Shown here piece by piece: positions 52,784 through 61,161 of a stretch of DNA of 64,000 bases. The translations under genes and the position numbers were made by a program. The notes below the pieces were generated by a model. The model ran no database searches. It worked only from the letters and a program-made list of their open reading frames with translations, and had not been told where the DNA came from. Source of the DNA: Meyerozyma guilliermondii. Taxonomy: Eukaryota. Every line of letters starts with the position of its first letter. The stretch's first letter is position 1. Location: assembly GCA_051546255.1 (NCBI GenBank), contig CP128820.1, forward strand, positions 124,001 to 188,000, read 5' to 3'.

Positions 52784-53353
52784 TTATGATCCGGGGTATG
52801 CTACATGTTCACAGGGCTCTGGTGGAGGCCCTGTTATCTCTTCGTGAATAACAGTTCCCACATACCAGTATTTGCGATGATTGTCATAGAAGTCTTGCCA
52901 ATTCTGGATGGCATTTCTGGCTTCTTTTTCGTCAATTTCTCTCAAGTCGTAAGTAAATTCATCTGGCTTGCCAAAACAGCCCGTAACCCATGCTCTAGCA
53001 GCATCTTTGCCAGCAAATTTCGAATATGGTCCTCCAGGGCCATAAATAGTCCTAGACACTGAGACGTCGTAGACGCTGCCGTTGATGGCTAAGTACAATG
53101 GGAGTGCTTTGTCTTGTCCGTCGTACTTGGCCAACTCATCGAGTGTAAGATTGACAAAGTTATTCCTCACTTTAAACGATAAATACGAAGGATTGATCCA
53201 TTTTCCATCGTAGCCCCAAGTTGACGATGAGGTGAAAAACCACGACAAAATAGCATTAGCTACAAGTAAGCCGCTGAAGACCCTTGCTATATCTAGTACA
53301 CCAAAGGAGCGCCATCCTACGTCGTTGTGATTATCTTGAGTATCTTTTTTCAT
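52784..53353 (-). CDS. Membrane-anchored cytochrome b5-like heme/steroid-binding protein (MAPR family)
   Basis: N-terminal TM then LTLDELAKYDG, YLAINGSVYDVS, YGPGGPYSKFAGKDAARAW, KYWYVG. Confidence 0.9.
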   Translation of the reverse strand: MKKDTQDNHNDVGWRSFGVLDIARVFSGLLVANAILSWFFTSSSTWGYDGKWINPSYLSFKVRNNFVNLTLDELAKYDGQDKALPLYLAINGSVYDVSVSRTIYGPGGPYSKFAGKDAARAWVTGCFGKPDEFTYDLREIDEKEARNAIQNWQDFYDNHRKYWYVGTVIHEEITGPPPEPCEHVAYPGS

Positions 53354-53468
53354 AACCTTGAGCAGAAATTCGCAGTCGTTGCACAAGAGATATACGCAGT
53401 ACTGTTGCAAAAAGTAACATTTTAAAATACATACTAAATATAATACTTGCGGTAGACCAAATCTTAGA

Positions 53469-55874
53469 CTAGTTCATAAAGAAAACCTCGTCGTTCAACT
53501 GATTTGCGCTGCTATTGGTGAAGTTAACTCTATTAGAATCATTGCTGATTAAGTCCCCCCAAAATTCATCGTTAAGTGCTCCGAATGAGTCGCTCAAACG
53601 TTCAGTTTCTAGCTGGTTCTGAGAGTAATTGAACGACCCCGATATGCGATCCATTTGCCTTGGCAGAAATGTCATGTTGTTGGAAAGTGGTAAAGTTCCT
53701 GTCAGCTTCGGGAAATAAGGCATTTGGGGTTCTGGTCCCACCTGGGGAGTCAAGTTGGTATTTGAGGGTGGTACATTACCAGCACTTGCGGTTTTGTTTG
53801 GTGTACCGTTTGCTGAGTTGTTTTCTCTGGTATTGGATTCAGGAGCGTACCTCTTTTCTAAGATGGTTGCGTTGGGATTGTTCTCTTTGTATGATGCAGC
53901 ATAAAGCAAGTAGTCTATTGGAACTTGTGATTTATACGCAGCTCCACTGGCGGTTGTGATAAGTCCTCCTCCTTCTGGTTTGGTTACCAAGGTTTCCATT
54001 TCCTCTTTTGCTCTTGGATCCACGGGCTTGAAGTTTTGCGGTGTACCACCGCTCTTCTGCAAGATATCATGAACTTGCGAGACATAAGTTTGGATGAATA
54101 ATTGCAAGACAAGCCTAGTTTTTTTCAAAAAATGGTTAAATGGATGAAGAACTGATGCCTCGGCGAAATTATCGTTGAGCCTTTGTATAACTTGAATGGC
54201 TCTGCGAGGGACAAGATCTTTCTCAATGTGCGACGGTAACAGAAGAATGAGATATCGAAGCCGTAATAACATTCCTGCGGTGTAGATGATTCTTGAAGCG
54301 TAGCATAATGGAATGGCTGCTAGCTCTTCTATTCGAAGCTGGTTAAATTCTTGGATCGAATTGAGGCAGGCAGCTGTACAATTTACGATCAACTTGACAG
54401 CTTTCTCGTTCAAATGAACATCACTGGAACTGTTGCTGTCATAAATGAGAACTTGACTCAAGATCGGCTCGTGCAAGTAGGCTTCTACTGAATAGTAGTA
54501 GGCACGATAGGCATGGTTTGATTTGGAAAGTTTGGCCTTGATCAGAGCAAGCACATTTTGCATCTCATGAACAACATAGACAGATGGACTATAGTCTCTT
54601 TCAGACACCTCCGGTGCATGGACTATGTTGTGAATGCGGTCTAGTTGATGGTTGAGTCTCAGAAACACGGCAAACTCTCTCCACCTTTCATCAGTGCTGC
54701 TTTCAAGCTCAGCACAACATTTCTCAACAAAAGGAGTCCATTTGACAAATATGCTTCTTCGAAGAATGAGACAGAAACTGACAGTTATGCTGTACAATGT
54801 CATCACCAATCTACGATACTCTGTGTTGGACGTACCTCCAGAACCAAGATCCTTGTCGGAGTCCATGAAGTAATCGTTTGGTTTGGCGACTATACCCAAG
54901 TCATGCAACAAGGTCACCGATAGAACATTCAAGATGTGATAGCGTCTGTTTCTAAACATCTCGGGATTGTTGTACCATAATGATAACAATAAAAGACACT
55001 TGATCAACTCGACAGATTTGGTTCCCGTCACCATGACTTCAATTGAAACTCCCATTGTAGCGATATTCTCAATTGTGAGGGCCAAGTCCTGGTCAATAGG
55101 ACCGGGGTGAACCGAATTGGTAACGGACATCACACAGTTGAACAAAAATGGCTGCTCGATACGAAACACCTCCACATCAGTGACAGGTGGAATGACGACA
55201 TGAGGATGCTGGGGGAACATTCTGGTGTTGTAAAGGTCAATTCTTCTGCTAGCTTCTTCGATTGTCAAGTAGCCCTGAGATACAAGGTCTCTCTTAAAAC
55301 CCTCGTTGAGTAACGAGTTGCGGCGGTCTGCTGTTTCCTTCAATTTGTGTGCAAGCTCATTAAGATTGGTGTTGGACTGAGCTAGGATGGCTAGCTCGCT
55401 TTCAAGATCACTTTTGAGTACAAACCCAAGAGAATCGGTTTCGGAAATCAATGGTGAAATTTCTATGGGGGAGCGGTTTGCGGAAGACGATGATTGTTGT
55501 TTGAGAATCCGCACCTGTTCTGTCAACTTGGCAATGGTCTCTTCCTGTTTGGCAATAATGTTAGCGTTTCCATTGGAATAAGCGTCTGAGGCACCATCGT
55601 ACAGATGGATGTGGTCCGAGTAACTTAGTGCAGAGTCAGGCACAGGGCTTGCCTCGTTCTTCTTCTTTTTCTTCCGAGAGTGACTGTAATCCACCTCACA
55701 TTTGCGCTTGGCGTTGAAACAACGAAGACATGGACCGGAAGGATTACGCTCATCAGCCGGGGTACATTTTACTTTCAAGCCATGGCAACTTTTACACGCC
55801 ACTGCGGTTCTGGTCGATTTCTTTTTTCCTGGTGGGGTGGAAGACGCTTCTTCCAGTGGCAGTCTGTTGGTCAT
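53469..55874 (-). CDS. WAR1: Zn(II)2Cys6 transcription factor, War1-like (weak-acid response)
   Basis: ACKSCHGLKVKC..PCLRC..RKC binuclear cluster plus middle homology region; near HMG1 as YML076C/075C. Confidence 0.8.
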   Translation of the reverse strand: MTNRLPLEEASSTPPGKKKSTRTAVACKSCHGLKVKCTPADERNPSGPCLRCFNAKRKCEVDYSHSRKKKKKNEASPVPDSALSYSDHIHLYDGASDAYSNGNANIIAKQEETIAKLTEQVRILKQQSSSSANRSPIEISPLISETDSLGFVLKSDLESELAILAQSNTNLNELAHKLKETADRRNSLLNEGFKRDLVSQGYLTIEEASRRIDLYNTRMFPQHPHVVIPPVTDVEVFRIEQPFLFNCVMSVTNSVHPGPIDQDLALTIENIATMGVSIEVMVTGTKSVELIKCLLLLSLWYNNPEMFRNRRYHILNVLSVTLLHDLGIVAKPNDYFMDSDKDLGSGGTSNTEYRRLVMTLYSITVSFCLILRRSIFVKWTPFVEKCCAELESSTDERWREFAVFLRLNHQLDRIHNIVHAPEVSERDYSPSVYVVHEMQNVLALIKAKLSKSNHAYRAYYYSVEAYLHEPILSQVLIYDSNSSSDVHLNEKAVKLIVNCTAACLNSIQEFNQLRIEELAAIPLCYASRIIYTAGMLLRLRYLILLLPSHIEKDLVPRRAIQVIQRLNDNFAEASVLHPFNHFLKKTRLVLQLFIQTYVSQVHDILQKSGGTPQNFKPVDPRAKEEMETLVTKPEGGGLITTASGAAYKSQVPIDYLLYAASYKENNPNATILEKRYAPESNTRENNSANGTPNKTASAGNVPPSNTNLTPQVGPEPQMPYFPKLTGTLPLSNNMTFLPRQMDRISGSFNYSQNQLETERLSDSFGALNDEFWGDLISNDSNRVNFTNSSANQLNDEVFFMN

Positions 55875-56964
55875 CGTAGCTGCAATTTGATACCCTAGCG
55901 AGCCGAGGCTCTGACAATTGCAAGGGTTCAGGAAACCTTGCTTTGGGGTTATTCGTCAGGGATACAAAAGATCGTAATCTCTTGATAAGTATGAGTTAGT
56001 CGAGGATCTCAGACTGAGTAGGGACCGATATTATGGGAGCAAAGAAACAAAATGTCGATCTTTCACCTTTAGCCCGTGATCTAAATATTAACTAGTTGCA
56101 CGTCGGTAACCTTCGGCCGATGGATGCAGATTGTATGCAGGTGTGGCCCAAAGGGGGATGGGTAAAGAGAAGGGACGATGAGGAAAAGATGGAAAGGTTA
56201 GTTGAATAAGGCAAGTTATCTCTTAGATACGAGAGTTGGAGGTTGTTATTTTGGTGGGTTTCGGGGAGGTTCTTTATTTCTTTGGTTGAAGGTGTCTCCA
56301 CAATGGGGCGCGAGGATCGGCTTCTTCTTGCACGTGAATGCGGCTGCGAGGCTGCGAGGCTGCAATTGGTGCATGACGGCAGCCATCTAGGTGCATATTT
56401 GACGTAAAATTAGGTCATGGCGCAAAAGTGCTACGATGGCCAAAATTGGGTGATATATCATAAGCCCCCTTGATAACTAAAGCAAAACCTGTGTGGTCAT
56501 AGAACTCATTAGTTGGCTTGAATTATGCCGTGTGCGCTTTTATGGTGCTAATAATATCTTTCAATGTTCTCGATATGGCTTCCTGTCAAATGTGCGCAAT
56601 GCACAATCTTGGCCCGAGATTGCCCGCATCCGAATGTGCATAAAGTGCAAAGCTTAAATTATATGGAATGAATTTGGTGCAGTAATCATCTCTTATTTTA
56701 AGTTGCTGGCAACGGTGAACTCTATTTGTATTATGATGCATTTTGCAGTTTTTAAAATTTTTGCAATTTCAATTATTAACCTGGAAAGCTCAACAACATG
56801 ACTAATTAGCTTTGTTTTTCGTGATATATAAACGACAATACCCTACCTTTTCTTATTTGATCCTCCCTCTCTACCTCTATCTCCATCATTATCCTCGCTG
56901 CCGTATGCACTCCAATTTAAGTTACTGCACATAGTACTTTCAAACCAAGTGGCTTCTTTGATTC

Positions 56965-58776
56965 ATGGCCCACAACCGTACGCTGTTGGGCTCAAAGTGG
57001 AAAGCAAAACCGGCCGGATTACCACTCTACAAGGAAAAGCCGCTTGCTGTATCGCATAAACGAAACAAAATCGTCATGTTGTTCAAAGGTTTCTTGGTTT
57101 CGTTGGTGTTATACTTGGGTTTTTACGTGGTTACCAATCGTAAATCTACCACTCTGTGGTCTTCCAGACAGGAAGAGGTACGCCAGGTGTTCTTGGAATC
57201 GTGGAACTCCTACCGAAACCATGGCTGGGGAACCGATGTTTATCATCCAATAACAGAAAAAGGTGAGAACATGGGTCCCAAGCCATTAGGCTGGATGATT
57301 GTCGATTCTCTCGATACTTTAGCTCTCATGGACCTTCCCGACCAATTGAAACAGGCCAGAGAGTGGATAAAGACCGACTTGAATTACCATTTTGATTATG
57401 AGGTCAATGTCTTTGAAACCACCATTCGCATGTTGGGTGGTCTCTTATCCGCCCATCATTTGACGAAGGATGATTTGTATTTGGATCGAGCGGTGGATCT
57501 CGCTAATGCCCTCATTGGAGGTTTTGAAAGTCCCAGCGGACTTCCTTACTCTTCAGTCAACCTCGAAACAGGAAAGGGTGTGAAAAATCATGTCGATAAT
57601 GGAGCATCTTCCACGGCAGAGGTGTCTACTCTTCAATTGGAATTCAAGTACTTGGCCAAGCTTACGGGAGAAGCCATGTTTTGGGAAAAGGCTGAGAAAA
57701 TCATGGAAATTCTTGATAATAATAAGCCTCAGGACGGTCTCGTACCTATCTACGTTCATCCCGACACTGGAAAATACCAAGGAAGTTTGATTCGCTTGGG
57801 CTCGCGTGGAGATTCGTACTACGAGTACTTGCTCAAGCAGCATCTTCAGACAAAAGAGCAAGTATACTGGGACATGTACAGAGAATCAGTTGCAGGAGTT
57901 CAGAAGCACTTGGTACGCAAAACAGCCAAGAGCGGCTTGACATTCATAGGTGAGCTCGAGCATGGTATTGGAGGTCCATTGAGCCCGAAAATGGACCACT
58001 TGGTCTGTTTCTATGGCGGTCTCTTGGCGGTTGGAGCCACGAACGGACTCACCTACCAGGAAGCAAAGAAGCAACCATTCTGGAACGAAGAACGAGAATC
58101 ACATTTCAAACTAGGTGAAGAGTTGACCTACACATGTTACCGCATGTATAAAGACGTTCCCACTGGATTGTCACCAGAGATTGTGGTATTTAACGAGGAA
58201 GACAATGGCCAAGCCGACTTCTTTATCAAGCCATTGGATAGACACAATTTGCAACGACCAGAAACGGTGGAATCTCTCTTTTATTTGTACCGGTTAACGG
58301 GTGACAACAAGTATCGTGAGTATGGGTACGAAATATTCCAAAGCTTTGTCAAACATACCAAAGTCACCAATAACCAGGGAGAAGTGTCTTACACGTCGCT
58401 AGCCGATGTTACTCAGATACCACCAAGAAAGCGAGACAACCTTGAGTCGTTTTGGTTTGCTGAGACCCTCAAGTATTTGTATCTCCTCTTTGACGAAACT
58501 AACAAGATTCCACTTGACCAATACGTCTTCAATACCGAGGCACATCCATTCCCAGTGTTCGACCCTGAACCATTTACGACGGGATGGAGAAGGCAATTTA
58601 CGAAAGTTGGACAGGAAAAGCAGAAGGAAACTCACAAAATCAGCAACAAGAAACCACCGCAAGCAGCTCCTGCTAACAAGCCCTTGGAAGAACAGGAAAA
58701 GGAAGTTGTGAAGGAGAATCCAGAGATCAAATCGCCACCTAAAGAGAGTGAAGAGATGTTTAACATACTAGAGTAG
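56965..58776 (+). CDS. MNS1: ER alpha-1,2-mannosidase (GH47)
   Basis: Type II anchor, VFETTIRMLGGLLSA, RGDSYYEYLLKQ, QRPETVES, ESFWFAETLKY, FNTEAH. Confidence 0.96.
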   Translation: MAHNRTLLGSKWKAKPAGLPLYKEKPLAVSHKRNKIVMLFKGFLVSLVLYLGFYVVTNRKSTTLWSSRQEEVRQVFLESWNSYRNHGWGTDVYHPITEKGENMGPKPLGWMIVDSLDTLALMDLPDQLKQAREWIKTDLNYHFDYEVNVFETTIRMLGGLLSAHHLTKDDLYLDRAVDLANALIGGFESPSGLPYSSVNLETGKGVKNHVDNGASSTAEVSTLQLEFKYLAKLTGEAMFWEKAEKIMEILDNNKPQDGLVPIYVHPDTGKYQGSLIRLGSRGDSYYEYLLKQHLQTKEQVYWDMYRESVAGVQKHLVRKTAKSGLTFIGELEHGIGGPLSPKMDHLVCFYGGLLAVGATNGLTYQEAKKQPFWNEERESHFKLGEELTYTCYRMYKDVPTGLSPEIVVFNEEDNGQADFFIKPLDRHNLQRPETVESLFYLYRLTGDNKYREYGYEIFQSFVKHTKVTNNQGEVSYTSLADVTQIPPRKRDNLESFWFAETLKYLYLLFDETNKIPLDQYVFNTEAHPFPVFDPEPFTTGWRRQFTKVGQEKQKETHKISNKKPPQAAPANKPLEEQEKEVVKENPEIKSPPKESEEMFNILE

Positions 58777-58868
58777 ATATCACAGCTAGAGTCAGGCAGA
58801 AGAATTCAGGGCCAAAGAAAAATAGTTAAAATTCTGATTAGAAGTTGCCCTTTGCATATAGTTCTTGT

Positions 58869-58946
58869 AGACTTATATGGACTCATTTACCAGACTTCAT
58901 ATAGGATCAAGACTTCATATAGATCCACTAACCCGAAGACTTCATA
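58869..58946. repeat. AGACTTCATA direct repeats (3 exact + 1 degenerate) between MNS1 and SKO1
   Basis: Exact copies at 58892, 58910 and 58937; AGACTTATAT at 58869. Confidence 0.8.
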
Positions 58947-59051
58947 CAGCGAGATTACTCAGCGGGTACCGCGGGGTGGTTTTTGTGTAACCTCACCCTA
59001 GTGACGTAAGAGATTTTCTTCCTTGATCAGACTAACAAGATCAAAACCGGC

Positions 59052-60929
59052 ATGTCTAGTGATGTAAGTAATGATCTGCGCCGTATAGTTGGCCGTTACA
59101 CAACGCTTGAGAGTTGAGGAACCATCGGAATTCCGCGTTGGGCGTGTTTCAGGAACACATAACAAGTTTAACCTTTTCTACGTTCAATTACGTCATTCCT
59201 AGTATACTAACAACAGCTGAAGTTGACGTTTGACTTGGAGCCTAATCCGTTCGAGAGATCGTTTGCAGACAAAAAAGACCCTAGTATTAAGAATCCACCA
59301 CGATCCGGTTCCAATAAACATGATCTCCAGATCCCAAATATTTCCAATATTGATGCAACGAATCAGAAGCTTCCGGGCATAACGCCGCCTCTACTCACAC
59401 CAGGTGGCCGCAAACTTCCCCCGTTGACTATGAGTGGGCACATGCTGAACCCTGGTACACCGGGGATCAATTTATGGAATAGTTTGTTGACCGCTACAAG
59501 CCATCATGACGGCCCTCAAGGACAAGCCAATCACCATGGAGCTGTTCCTGCTAACGGAGCAGTAAACCAGGGTCATCCCTCATCCGACGAGGCAGCAGCT
59601 GCTGCTAATGTGCCCCATCAAGGACAAGGAAACGATCTTCACGACTCTAACCCACAATACAATCAGTTCGTGACAAACTTGAGAAATTCCGGTCTCACAC
59701 CCAACGAGTCGAATCTCAGATCAGGATTGACTCCGGGTGGTATCAACCAGCCCGGGTATCAATTTGGGGGACAAGTTCAGTACTTGAACAACCCTGGAAT
59801 GTTGGCAAACCCGATGACTCCGGGGTTGTCCAGTTTACTCGGCTACAATCAAATTCATCCGGAGGAAGTTCAGAACACCACCGCTGAAACCCAGACTAAT
59901 AACAATACCCAGCAGCATCCTTCTGTGGGCGTTCCGTCTCAAATTCAGCAGGTTGCACAGCCACCACTAACGCAAGATACCCAACAGGGAAATGCGAAGA
60001 AAGCTCCACCAAAGCGCAAAGCCAGTGTCTCTGAGAAACAACAAAAGAGGAAGAAGTCAGAGGAGTCGAGACCAGCTACAAAGACGGAAAGTAGTTCTGA
60101 CCAAGTCAACGAGAGCCAAAATGAAAACGAAGATAAGCGCAAGGTTTTCCTCGAGAGAAACAGGGTTGCTGCCTCGAAATGCAGAAAGCGGAAGAAGCAG
60201 CTCATGGTAAAGATGGAGGAGGAGTTGGCGTTTTACTCGGCGGGATACCGCAACCTCTCGTCTCAGGTAACCCAGATTAGAGACCAGCTCGTCAATCTTC
60301 GTGGAATCCTTGTTGCGCACAAAGACTGCCCAAAGTTAGCTGCTACTGTAGGTGGGTTCGAAGATTTACAGTCTGTGCTTCAAGAGACAAACTATGTGAT
60401 CCAGGTGACGTCTCGCAGTGGAGCCAATACAGCTCTGATGCCCACCACCATTCCCACCACACTCAATCCCGCTCAGGAAGCAGAAATACGATCAAACCAG
60501 CCAATTCCGTCGTCTCTTCCGGGTTCAGTGGCTCCCCATCATATTGGAGGCAACCAAGATCAGGGCCGTACGTCCACTAGGGGCTCTAGTGACACTACCA
60601 TACCTACCGAGGCTAGTGCTGGAATTACACCGTCTAATGGTGGCCATCCTATTTCTAGTCACCACAGTCTCACTGATTTGCCGGCGGCCTCCCAGGCGTC
60701 AATGCAGAACATGCAACTCGATGCAAACCACGGTGGAGACTTGAGAGCCATAAACAGTATGTCTAATCTTACTGCCATGGGAAGACAGCCTACAACATTC
60801 CAAAGCGGAGGTTTTCGACCCGCTGCTAGCATGGTTGATTTGGGTCAATTGAATGAACAGCAGCTGACCCAGCACAATTTCAACGTCGATCAGCGGGGAT
60901 TCGTGGGATTGACTCAATCCCAGTCATAA
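59052..60929 (+). CDS. SKO1: ATF/CREB bZIP factor Sko1; join(59052..59063,59217..60929)
   Basis: Spliced MSSD[S]KLTFDLEPNPFERSF (OSA motif), Hog1-site region TPPLLTPGGRKLPP, GLTPNESNLRSGLTPG, bZIP FLERNRVAASKCRKRKK. Confidence 0.93.
59064..59216 (+). other. Spliceosomal intron of SKO1 (153 nt)
   Basis: GTAAGT 59064; TACTAAC 59205-59211; CAG 59214-59216; phase 0. Confidence 0.93.
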
Positions 60930-61161
60930 AATATGTCAAGACTGACTACGTATTTATAGAGTAGTTCGAACAATATAACTTGTTCTATGCAAAGATTCTC
61001 TTGTAAACTCTTTATTCTACACTTCTCTACAATTATAGTCTACACCTTTAGTCCAAACTCTTTAGTTACTTCTAGTTTGCACATAATCTTCTCATCAGCA
61101 ACTACCCCAGCCTTTGTTTGGGCTGTGCTCATCGCGCGCGTCGGATCAACAAACTTCCACA

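Noticed and set aside
18399..53353. ERG2, HMG1 and MAPR as a sterol biosynthetic gene cluster
   Set aside because: They are separated by many unrelated housekeeping genes; ERG2 and HMG1 positions are explained by ancestral synteny.
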